Below the pieces are notes generated by a model. That model saw nothing but the letters and a program-made list of their open reading frames with translations, had not been told where the DNA came from and searched no databases. DNA of 64,000 nucleotides. It comes from Pavona decussata (lineage: Eukaryota). The stretch is from positions 1,612,001-1,676,000 of the forward strand of contig CDRNST010000054.1 of the NCBI GenBank assembly GCA_977016875.1, read 5' to 3'. Below, in pieces: positions 51,716 through 62,872 of this stretch. A program made the translations under genes and the position numbers. How positions within the stretch are numbered: position 1 is the stretch's first letter; each line of letters opens with the position of its first letter.

Positions 51716-53435
51716 GTAAGGGAAGCTAATTGGTTACTGGTACAGAATGAACTGTAACAGTGTTGGGATCTGTACCCGTTTGCGAAAACGTTTTGAGGCT
51801 GGATACTAGTTTTCGGAACTTTTCCGGCAGAGTTTGGGTTGTATTCCGTTTTCTGCTGTTTTCAATGTTTGATAGCAAGGGTCAATATTCAATTGCACAT
51901 GTTGCCTGTGTCACGCACATCTGCCAGATTGCAGCATCATCATTTCATCATTTCAGTATTTCACATTTGTGCAACCTTAAAGTGCTATGTGTTTATGCAG
52001 TAAGCAAGAATTTGTTGTAAACATGTGCAGTAAACTGATTAGCTGTGCGTGTGGCAAATAAAATTAAATAAACTCAGTCGTAAAATTAAAATGCAATGTT
52101 GTGCCTGTGTAGCAAGCTACATTAAATAAAGCTAAGCCTGTTTTTTTTGCTAGCGACACAAGCAAAGCGCCAGCATGGGCGAAAGCACGAGATTCAAACT
52201 TTCTCATTTTCTTGTGCTTTCGTCTGTGCTTGCTTGTGTTGCGTTCCTTTTCACTTGGCATAAAGCTCTTATGGTTGTGCTTGTGCCTGTGCTTGCATCG
52301 CTAGTGAAAACCAGGTTTTAAAGTGCACGTACGTCTTGTGGCAATGCTGTTTGCCGAGTAGTCATTTAGTACTATTGGCCTCTCTGTCCTTGCCTCTGTT
52401 TGCATTTTAGTTTTTTTTTCTTTCTTAGCTTTGCTTGCTGGCTCGTTCTTGCATTGCATGTGGCGCAGATGCTTTTCCCAACTTATGTCGCAATTTTGTT
52501 TATCCCAATGACTCCCAAGGGACCCTCTGTAATCGCTTAGAAGCTGTGACCTGCTAAATTTTTCAATTGTTAAATCCAGGGGTGGGGTGGGGGGCTCTAA
52601 CATTCTATTCCTAATGTGTGAACGGAAAAATTCTATTTGCGCTATGGGGTATGTCTCGAGTACCCTCTTGGCCCTATTCATCCTAGGGGGAGAGGACACA
52701 AAGTGCCCGTGCTGACTTTCAGCATTCATACCTTTATTTTTAAAATGGTGAGTCACAAAACCCACCAATCCTTGTGAGTTTGCCTAAAATTTACTTAAAC
52801 AACCTGCTGCAAGTATCGCACGCATATTCGATCTTCCCTGAGTGGGTCCCCTCCCTCGCGCTATACGCGACAAGAATGTATTTTGATTGGCCTGCTTTTG
52901 TTGAAGGCAATTAGAACAATACATCCCTACTAGGAGAGGGGAGAGCTTAATGAATAAATTGATGTGCAGATTTGAAGCTACCGCGAAAAAAAGATACGGA
53001 GCCCGTTTTTAGACACGGTATGCCCCTCAGGGCATCCCCCGTAAATATGCGATTCCAAGAGTAACTGAGAGTCACTAATTTGCATAAGTTAGACAAAGAC
53101 CTTAGCGCAAATTGAGTCTGATTGCACATTTAAACACGGTCGTAATTGTTTAAAGAGTAACATCTCAGTAATGAGACAATCAAACTTGTTCTGGCGTTTT
53201 TTCAACACGTAAAAGAATTGTGAAGGTCATCTCTCAGTTAATCTTGAAGTCGCATATTTAATTTTAGTTTCCCTTGACAATGATGCCAAGATGTCGCCGA
53301 AACGTAGGACTTTTCTATCGTTAGTTTTTGCCTGTATATGTGCAACAAGATATTTTCATGAACAATTATTCTAAAAATTGTATAGTGGGATGTGTGTGAG
53401 GTGCTGGTGACCCGCTCTCGACTTTTCCAAAGTTT

Positions 53436-54135
53436 AAATCACACAAGAGTTCTACCATCTCAGCGTCTTCCTGTGTGAAACGCTGGTAGCCGTACGGGTA
53501 AGTCAGGAACATTGTGGGAACGATCACTCGTTTATTGTAAACCAGTTTCTATTTGTTGTTCTGTGGCACTGTCTCGATGGCGTACTGTTTGGCATCACGG
53601 ACATTGTGGTACGATTTTACCACGGTTGTTTGACGAACCCCTGACTCTAATGGTTATTGGATGTCGTCAAGCACGTTCTGACGGAGGACAGCATAGTTGA
53701 GCTCCTTGGACCCTTCGCTGTTCAGGGAGGTGCCACGCACTTTACATTGTTCCTTGCCACTGTGGGTCAGGTAGCTCTAACACTTTGGCCCTCCAGAGGC
53801 AAACTCCACAATGTAGTCACCCTCGCTCAATTTATCCTAGAAGTCGCCCAGGTAGTCACCGAGGGGAGGGTCAGGCTGTCCGGGCAAACTTTTGAACACG
53901 ACACTGTCAGTGTCAAAGTAGATAACACGATCTTGCAAAAAATCGAGGGTTTTGTAAAGGCGTACCCGCGCCCAACAGGTCGTGAAACACGCCACGAAGA
54001 TATGAGGTTGGGCGATACTGGATTGTCTTCCACCTTGTGTTTGTAGTGGATCTCTACGCATTCTTCGGTCAGCACATACACATACCGCATGTCAAATTTG
54101 TCACTCTCGAGGAAAGCTGTAAATTTCCGAGGACT
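53436..54135 (-). pseudogene. Protein-primed family-B DNA polymerase fossil (Polinton/Maverick/adintovirus-like)
   Basis: IFVACFTTCWARVRLY..VIYFDTDSVVF..GDYLGDF*..IVEFASGGPK..YSY-like..CKVRG..KRVI..TYPYGY; contains stops and a frameshift. Confidence 0.85.
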
Positions 54136-56059
54136 GTCTTCTTTATCTTATTTAGCTAAATGAACATTTTTAAGTACCATTGGAAGTCCGCGCTGACACA
54201 GTACTACTTTGTACAAAAAACACGCTTGTGTGTAAATAAGTGAGCTGGTCTGGAAGAAACCATCTCCCGCTGCTCACGTAACAAAATCATTTAGTGCCAA
54301 TTTTACAATCAAATCAAGCATGAAATACCCGTCTTCTCCCACACCACTTTTCCAATTTCTATTTTTCTTCCCATTTCCGACTTTTAGTTCCTTTTTTATG
54401 AAGGAGCCTCTGCGGAAGAGAGAGAGAGTAATTCACAAGAGGAGAAAACATTTTGGAGATAAATAGTTTCCGGTCATTTCACTCTCTTTAGTCCCTTATT
54501 TGTCTCCGCTCGACCCGCGTGCTCCTCATTATCACTCTTCTTATTTGCCTCTGCTCGAGCGCAAAAGGGTAAATAGCACACAGCAATTTCATATCTGTCA
54601 GTGTAAGTTAGGGACTAGGAACTGCGGTCTACAGACTACAAGCTGGGTATGAAACATAGACAAGGTGTGAAATTTGGACTGCAGACTGGTTATAAAATGC
54701 CTTTTTTGCCTTCGTAGTATGATCACAGTTCAAAAGTAGCAACATGGCAATGGTTGGTCACATGTTGAAACGTCATACGTTGGTGGGAACATTGTCAGAA
54801 CAGATGGAAATGTGCTGGGGGCGTGAAGTTGTCGCTGGAACGTTTTGTCGGAAAGGGTGACATAGCATGACATAATGTGACAAGAAAACATTACTATTAT
54901 CATTATTAATTGGAAGACAATCTTTTTTGAACATTGAGCCTTTGATTGCGAAACAGTGTAATAAGATCAGTTTTGAGAGTGTGAGAGCAGAGATGGCGTG
55001 ATAGAGAACCCGAAGAAATCTGTAACCAGGGAAAAGCAACAGTAAACCAATTTGAGATATAAACCTATAACGTATTTGTCGGATAACTGTATTCGACAGT
55101 TTTGAGAAAGCAACAATGATTTCTGTATGAAAGTCTGGTCGATATTTGAAGCAAAACTTTTAAAGTAACCAACTTCGGTAGCACGTGATATTCTTAAATG
55201 GAATCCACAGAGGAGGCCCATAGGCTGGTGTGATGCAGGTTTTGACCCACAACAAAATAGTATAGGACGCTTTAGAAATATGAATTACGTTGACATTGTT
55301 CAACGCAGTGCTCTTTTGCATTAATATGTATTGGGCTCCTTAACTTTGTTTCTTTTCTTTAATTTAATGTCAACCATGAAACTGTAAGTCTGGTTAGGTT
55401 GAGAATCCATCTCTAACAAGGAAACAATTGAACTACAGACACTACGTTATTAAGATTTATGCCCGTGTGTGCAGAGCGACCATATGCCCATATGTTAGCA
55501 CAAATCGCCATCTTATCTGCAGCAAGGCATAGGTGGTCCTCTCCTCAAATCTAGTTCGTTTTTTATACTTTGTCGGCAGTCCGTACTGTATTCCTAGTCT
55601 AGTAGCTCATCCAGTAGAAACATCCTAAGCTGACATCCTCCCTTGAGCATCCAAATAGAAAAAAACATAGCTAACATCCCTTACCCCCACGGAAAAAATG
55701 GTAACACTTCCCTTGCCTCTCCACCTCGCTCAATATTGCAGAACAACAGCGATGGATTGTTGATGTCGAAGTTTAATTATTTCGTTAAGTGTACTTTTTT
55801 TAAAGATTGAAGCGTTAGTGTGTGCTCACTGGAAGCACGGGATGGATGGACTGCGCACATGAAATTGAATTAAACTTCGTTTCCTTTCTTATCTTGCTCC
55901 AAAACTTTCGAGAAAGAACGAAGCTTCAATTTAACACTTTAAAGGGTCTCAATGGCTACATTCATATTTCCAACGGGCGATATCCTCACCCACAATTTCA
56001 CATTTTCGAATTTCTGTACAAAATAGTACCATAACTTTTGAAGTTTTTTTTCCCAACAG

Positions 56060-56402
56060 ATGAAACATGCCCGATCCCTATGAACACAACCTTCATTGTT
56101 GATGCATCTGTTTGTGATGACCCTGGAAACTGGAATCGTGTGCTGAAGTTTGTTCAAACTTAAGTCACCTTTTACGATGTGTCACCATCTTTTGGACGCA
56201 TTGCCTTGGTCACATTCAGCACTGATGCCAAAGTGGACCTGAAGTTCAACACATTAACTGGAAATCTTCTGAATGGTGAAGAAGTCAACAGACGAGTTGG
56301 TCTCCTTCAATGCCAGGGTGATTCAAGGCGAATTGACAAAGCATTAGATCTGGCAGACAAGGAAGTGTTTCTCAGGCTGGTGGAATGAGAGGTGTATCAA
56401 GG
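56060..56402 (+). pseudogene. VWA15 N-half pseudo-exon
   Basis: Homologous to VWA7a but has TTA>TAA stop at 56161-56163 and a 1-nt deletion near 56370 (343 vs 344 nt); splice sites intact. Confidence 0.85.
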
Positions 56403-56533
56403 GTAAGACGATAACATGTCGTGGTATTATGTCAGTGTGATTGATCAACAGAAGAAACCGCATGATTATGGGTAGAAACTATGTTCAAGTAAGTTTACTA
56501 TTCACCAATTTTATTGTCCTTTTTGCTTTGTAG

Positions 56534-56777
56534 CCTGTATTTGTAATCACAACTGGAAAGCAAACAATAGACAAAGGACCATACACTCCTCTTGATGAGG
56601 CCTCGTCTCGCCTCCAGAATAAAGGATCAGCCGTGTTTGTGTTGGGTATAGGAGAAGACGCTGATCCTTCCGAACTGCAGCAGATTGCTTCTGGGCCCAA
56701 AAATGTGTTTAAAGTGGATTCATTTGAGGACTTGGATGTCAAATCTAATGAATATAATAGAGGCATTTGCTATCTAG
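56534..56777 (+). CDS. VWA15 C-half exon (open frame, partner exon dead)
   Basis: ttgtag|PVFVITTG...RGICYL G|GTATT; 244 nt like its paralogs. Confidence 0.65.
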
Positions 56778-57009
56778 GTATTTTACGCTCGGCCGCCCTT
56801 TGCTCGTTTTCTTTCTTTCTTTCTTTCTTTTTTATTTTGTCTGCTGAACAAAATTTGAGGAATTATGTTATTAAAACAAATTGTAACGTTACACAAAAAA
56901 GGCAATGCGAAGAATTGCATTTTCTAAACAAGACAACACTCCTGGCCTTTATTCTCACAATTAGCATTAATTAAATTCATGCATCTAGTATCTATTCATG
57001 GTGTTCCAA

Positions 57010-60000
57010 TTAACTCGTGACTGCGACATGCGCAATGAACGAGTTATAGTAGTGAGGGTAAATGTCACTCGCTCGATCTGTCGTAAACCTTATATACATC
57101 TTATATATTAGTCTACGTTTGGTGCATTACGGGACAAAAAATGTAAAATCAACGCAAGGAATAACTTATTCTTAAAAGAAAATAGCTAGTAGGTGTGTTG
57201 TCTACTAAATCCTATTTAGCGAAACTAAGGGGCAACTTATCAGGACGGATATTGTCCAAAAGTTCGACTTCGATAGGCGGAACTGCTCGTTTCAGCAAAC
57301 GTCAAACGCAAGCATGAAAAACTTTAAAGGAGGTTACCCTAAAAATCCGAGGAAATGACATGAGGGAAAAAAGAAGTATCCGTAACTTACATTACGGACC
57401 AAGAAAACGAGGTTAGTAAGATATTTATTATATCTCAGAGGCTAATCCGGCGCGCGGCACAGAAAACTAGTTGAAGTCAAGAGGAACGGTCAACTGCCAC
57501 GAATGATTGGCGTGTGTCAAATCCCAAAACACGAATTAATCTTCTTGGCTGCTTGCACACGATACAACCATTGCAAAAATCAAGTGTACAAAAACCAACA
57601 GTTTCACAAGTTTAATTCACATGAACAACATGAAGACTTACAAGAAAATAGTCTTCGAAATAGTCTTTTGTAAACACTTGAAGAAAGAATTATCCGACGA
57701 AAACTGCTGGGAAAAGTGAGGAACTTACAGCACTCAAAATATTTGTTTACTTGCAAACTAAAAACAAAAAGGCGGTGTTTTCTACAGCGCATGTCAAAAT
57801 GTGAAGGAAGTACAACGGAAAAGTTTTTCTTGCTGCTGCCATCCAGCCTTGGTCGTTTCGCTACATTTTCTTCAGTGCTGCCGGCTGGATCTCGCGGATG
57901 AACAGTAAATACGCAGTTTGAAATTGATCCAATGCTTGCCGACGCGAAGAATGAATGGTGCGGCATCGCTTGAACGCTAAAACTGCTCTGGTTGGAAACT
58001 GAACACTGCAACGAACTGCTGCTATGGTTGAAAGGAAAAACTGGCTCGTGAATGCTTGAACTTGGAAGAGCAACTTGCTGTCGAAGCGTATCCGACATTT
58101 GTCATTGATGAGCGAGGGAGGCCGACTTGTACGAGCTTAAACTTTGTAAATTCTTGCGACCGCTTAGCTGTGTAACGAAATTTTCTGGAATATCAGCGTC
58201 AAGTAAACGAGAGATGCTTGTTTTTCGTACCGAATGGTTGGAAAGTTTCCTTCCACAGGCTTGCAGGCCAGCTTTTTTGGCTGCTTTTGGCAAGAATTGG
58301 CCGATTTGGTTTTTGCCGCGAGGCGACACCTTGTACCAGGTGGATTTAGTACGCCAAGCATTGTGGTTTATGGTTAGAAAGAAAGGGGAAGTTGGGGTTT
58401 TCGCTTCTTCGGTGGCTTTCGAAATTCTTGAAATATCGGACTGGGGACTGCTCTGTTCCCGTGGCAAATATTTTCGGATTAAAATGTCGCTGGTGTGAAC
58501 CTTCCAATCCTTGGCGAGTCTTGCTCCCTCTTTCTGCCAGCCAAACCAAGATTTCTCTGCCTGTTTCAGGATCAATTTGCAGCTCCAAATCGCCCCAGCA
58601 AAGTTTCCGGCTTTTGTCCCTGGCTCTGAATCCAAAGTGGAGTGAAAAGAAGCACCATAATGTGCGCTGGAGCGCTTCGGGATTATGGCAACCAAAAGCG
58701 CCGCTCTCAAACAACTTTTCTTCCTCTTCGCTTGTCAATTCACGGGAAGCGTTTGGCTTGTTTCCTCGCCCTTGTTTCACAAGATTTTTTTCTTTTGGCG
58801 GCCAATACTTCTCTGGCACGACAAAACTCTTCGTCTTTAAGGATGTTGAAAGACAGCTTTAACTCTTTCAGGCGATGCTGAATGCTTCTTTGAAAACTTG
58901 AAAGGCTGCCTGGCTCGTACTCGCCACCATTTTGTTTACGGACCTCTTTAAAAAAATTTCCAAGCAGTTTGTCAAGAGCATCAGCAGGTACGTTTTTCAA
59001 ATTACTGAAAGCTTCCATTGCTCTGCTCCTTACAAAATGTTTCAATTTTTTCCGTTCGTAATATGTCTTCTTCACCGTGTTTTCAGATTTTTCAGAGGAA
59101 ATAAAATCGTCCAATTCTTGACTCAAGCCCGGTTCGTCTTGCTCATCCTTCACCATTTGTCGCTGCCCTTCCTCTAAAAGCTGAAGGAAGTCAATTTGAA
59201 AGTTTGGCATACTTTCTTCGGGGTTCTTTTGGTTTTCTCTGTTTGTTCGCAACTCTTTCAAGTAATATATCAAATTTTTCTTCACGAGACATGTTGGCGA
59301 CAAAATGTTGCACCAAATTTTCAAATTTAGCGGGCCTGACAGACGAATACGGCCCGCAAAATTGACCAAACAGAGCGCGTGTACTAAGTGAGCAATATAA
59401 TAAGATCGATTCACCAGAACAAACGTAAACACTGAAAATTTGCATTCACATAGCGATTGAACCACAGAGAGTCTACTGAGTACCGCAACGCTTGACGCAA
59501 TTCTATATTTACGTTCACTTGGATAAAGCCAAAACAGCAAGTTTAGCAAGATTGAAAGCTTCCTCCGATGTTATAAAACGCTGAAAGAAGCCGTCGTTTG
59601 AATGTAGTAAGGAATTACCATGCTGAAAACGTCGGCAAGATTTAGGTCACGCGTTAGGCAACCAAAATCGTTCACCTGTATTAAGTTTCATTCGGCAAGA
59701 ACACGATGCGAGGAAAGAAAACACGGAGGTTCATGGAAGGAAAATTAAACGCTTTTTTGTCGATTGGCAACCAAGTAAAACCATCTAAAAAACGTACACT
59801 TCCACCTTTGCCGTTGCTTCGTGTATCGAAAGGAATCAGAGTGCGTGTGTAATTTAATTGTCTGCGAGATAAGCAAATAACTTTATTCATAATGCATTCC
59901 CGCAATGCGACATGGCGTCCACGAATCCTTGTAGCGTAGTTTCATGCGAGTAATGTTTTACGGTTACCACTATTCACTTTTGCATTCATGTGGTGGCTCA

Positions 60001-60017
60001 CAGGGGCCTTTGATTAT
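57010..60017 (-). mobile_element. Crypton-type tyrosine-recombinase transposon, near full length, frameshifted
   Basis: ORF pieces at 59200-58102: SENTVKKT..FFKEVRKQNGGEYEPGSL..GRGNKPNAS..HFGFRARD..SKTRQG..NHSVRKTSISRL..QLSGRKNLQSLSSY (R, HxxR and Y present; SGH changed to SGR); ends defined by the 41278-42492 copy. Confidence 0.85.
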
Positions 60018-60456
60018 GTTTCAGTATTATCATAATTTTCTACCTAAGGCCTTTGACAACTTCTCACGCAAATCATCTTAACATAATTGGTTCACTCACT
60101 AACTGATACTTTTTTCTTTTTTCTTTTTTCTTTTTTCTATCTTAAATATTATTATTATTATTATTATTTTCATTTTCTTGTCTACTTGTTGGATTTTTTT
60201 TTCTTGTGTGTTATAACCCAGATAAATTATTATTCCGGCAAAATGTTGCCCCTGTTAACACTTTCGCTGTTCTCATTGACTGGCTTTTATAACCTTTGTT
60301 ATCATCACTGCATTTGTAAGCTTGAGCTACTTTTTTTTCTGTTTATGTTTCCGTGACCCTTGCACACGGTTTCCCGAGGGCTTTGTCGTACTTTGATCGG
60401 GATATTTGATCGTCTTTTACCATAGATAATGTTGTTCAACGTAATTTTGTTTTCAG

Positions 60457-60504
60457 TTCCAGCAACCCCAGCCCCAACAACAACACCAGTGCCAACAACG
60501 CCAG
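60457..60504 (+). CDS. Pro/Thr-rich linker exon
   Basis: tttcag|PATPAPTTTPVPTTP G|GTAAC. Confidence 0.82.
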
Positions 60505-60701
60505 GTAACTAACGTTCACGTTTTTGTGAAGCTCTCATTTTGAGATAGTATCGGCATCCTGTTTCGATTAATTGGATCTTATAAATTTCGAATCCCGTTG
60601 AGTATATAAAGCCAGGCTTGCATGGAACAAAGTAGTCTATAGAATTTGTTATTTTCGTGTATCAAATAGTAACGTTTTGGACATATTTTCTTTACCAACA
60701 G

Positions 60702-61045
60702 AAGAAGTATGCCCGATCCCTATGGATACTACTTTTGTTATCGACTCATCTGTCTGTGATGATTCCAACAACTGGAATCGTGTGCTGAAGTTTGTTCAAA
60801 CTTTGGTCACGTATTTCGATGTGTCACCTTCTGTTGGACGCATTGCCTTAATCCCATTCGGCACTGATGCCACAGTAGTACTCAAGTTCAACACACTAAC
60901 TGGAAACCTTCTAAATGGTGAAGAAGTCAACAGACGAGTTGGTCTCCTGCAGTGCCAGGGTGGTTCAAGGCGAATTGACAAAGCATTAGATCTGGCAGAC
61001 CAGGAAGTGTTAACTTCTGCTGGTGGAATGAGAGGTGTATCAAGG
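60702..61045 (+). CDS. VWA16 N-half exon (DSSVC type)
   Basis: aacag|EEVCPIPMDTTFVIDSSVC...GVSR|GTAAGG. Confidence 0.9.
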
Positions 61046-62297
61046 GTAAGGGAATTCTGATTGAATTTCTATTTTTTTTTTCAAAGACATCACTTCTTAG
61101 TCAGTCTAATTATCTTGAAAAGCGAAGTTTTTTATTCTTTTTAGTTTTATAACTGAACCTGACTCGAACCTGCTTGTCATTAAAGGCTCACATTCACCGA
61201 AAAGGCCTTGCGCGCATATGTTATTGCGATCTGATTGGTTAGATTAAAGAATCCACCCTATTTCTCTCCAGTCTGTCCGATTTATTTGAATTTGTTTGTG
61301 GCTACAAAAAATATTTACTCTCCAAAATGATGGAATTGTCTGTAGCTCTTTATGTAAAAACCTCACCAATAGAAAGTTGATGATTTGGTCCGCATTTCTG
61401 ACCGCCACTCAGCCGGGGATGCGGCGGAGCTCTCTCGAGAGCACTCGACAGTGTATAAAGGAAAGAAGATAGGCCTGCGTGACTCCCACTTGCGTGTTTT
61501 AGCCATGTTCAGTTATAGTCCTAGTCATTATAGAAGTTGACAAGAAGAGAAATTGTATGGGGTGGTTGCTTATTATCACTTTCCCAAATAGCGCTGATAA
61601 CGTTTATTGCATATTATGGTTTATCATGACACTGATATTTCTACCTTTCATAGTATACAAGTGATATGATATTCTTAATTTGCGTGTTTATGAATCTGGG
61701 GCTAACTAGGTAAATGAATATTTTAATTCAACTGCATTTGACCATAAAAACAAACCAAGGCAACCTTCCTGAGAAACCATATAGACGGTTTGTTAAATAT
61801 CTGTTGGGCACTCTATTTACATGCATCAGGCGAATCCTGAATCACTTCGAACTGATCAAACTTACTTGCCAAGGTGAGATATCCATTTAAATCAGAAATA
61901 TCAGTACAAAAGATGCATGCTGCGAGGCGTCAAGCTTCCTGTTTCTTGCCTTTAAAATACAAGCTACGCGAAGAGTCTCTTGACAAGGATAAACTTCGGG
62001 TAAACTAAACAACATTGTCAAGTGCGCGATGTCACGTAGCAGCGACCGACGAAGTATTGAAGAGGAAAAAGTCACATTTTGCCAATACAGTTTCAAAATA
62101 ATTCAAGGCAACAATAACGTGAAATGGAAGAATAAAATTTCTACAAGCATATGAACTTATCATCCTCAAGGTGGCTCCAGAGCAAATGAGTTTTAAACGA
62201 TAACCCGATTGGGGACATCTTCGTGTTAAAGGAACTTCAAACACAACGCCTGCGGTGCGCAAAGCCTTTTAGCAATGAATTCTCTAATTTTCTGAAT

Positions 62298-62549
62298 CGT
62301 GATCGTGGTCTCTCCTTTCGTTTCGAAAGTAAGTGTTCAGCAGTCAGTCTGTGGTTGTGTTACTAGGTCTGTGGCGTTTCTTGTGTGAGGCGAAATCAAT
62401 CTTGGATTTGCATGCACGGCCACATATGGTGCACATGTGTGCAAGAGAAGATGGAGGCAGAGAGGCGGTTGCCTTTCGTCGAGCACGTCTTTCCTGTAGT
62501 TCCGCAACTCTGATTTCCTTTAATGTGTGGACAGCCTTGTGACAACTGG
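62298..62549 (-). mobile_element. 5'-truncated non-LTR retrotransposon 3' end (RTE-like)
   Basis: C-terminal Zn finger CTICGRACKSKIDFASHKKRH, short UTR ending in a CACGAT repeat, 8-bp flanking direct repeat TTCTGAAT (62290-62297, 62550-62557). Confidence 0.75.
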
Positions 62550-62628
62550 TTCTGAATAATGAATTGATCAACATGGTTCTATTAAAATGACTCAATTTTG
62601 ATTTCTTATTCTCATTTTTCTTTTTTAG

Positions 62629-62872
62629 CCTGTTTTGGTAATTACAACAGGAAGGCAAACAACAGGCCAGGGAGCCTACACGCCCCTTGATGAGGCGTCC
62701 ACTCGCCTCCAGAGTAAAGGATCAGCCGTGTTCGTGTTGGGTATAGGAAATGACGTTGACCCCTCAGAACTGAACCAAATTGCTGCTGGACCTAAAAATG
62801 TGTTTACAGTGGACTCGTTTGAGGACTTGGAAGAAAAAGCAAATGAAATCAAGAAAGGCATCTGTGTACTAG
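62629..62872 (+). CDS. VWA16 C-half exon
   Basis: ttttag|PVLVITTG...KGICVL G|GTAATT. Confidence 0.9.

Larger units (their letters stand above)
43290..51985 (+). repeat. Tandem duplication of [PT + VWA] (copy 1 ~43290-48220, copy 2 ~48240-51985)
   Basis: Exons and introns align; each copy carries its own TE insertion. Confidence 0.9.
1..62872 (+). other. Giant multi-exon extracellular-matrix gene (partial): 16 VWA, 8 thyroglobulin type-1, 1 WAP, 2 follistatin/Kazal domains and Pro/Thr linkers
   Basis: About 54 exons with GT-AG boundaries and mutually compatible phases (phase 1 between modules, phase 0 inside each VWA). No start codon/signal peptide or terminal stop exon seen, so the gene extends beyond both ends. 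Confidence 0.85.

Noticed and set aside
53200-53340. Possible Penelope-like retroelement 3' end (cttgacaatgatgccaagatgtcgccgaaacgt)
   Set aside because: Too short and degenerate to support without a database search
58102-59549. Domesticated KCTD1/ZMYM/QRICH1-like host gene
   Set aside because: Multiple frameshifts, loss of the His in the SGH motif, and element ends shared with a non-autonomous copy point to a decayed transposon
60087-60356. Hydrophobic ORF with a poly-Tyr run as a membrane protein or TM exon
   Set aside because: Translation of T-rich intron sequence and a (TTA)n microsatellite; no supporting splice structure
1-62872. Assigning a gene symbol such as COL6A3, MATN or papilin
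   Set aside because: No Gly-X-Y, EGF, TSP or Kunitz domains in the window, and the architecture matches none of these
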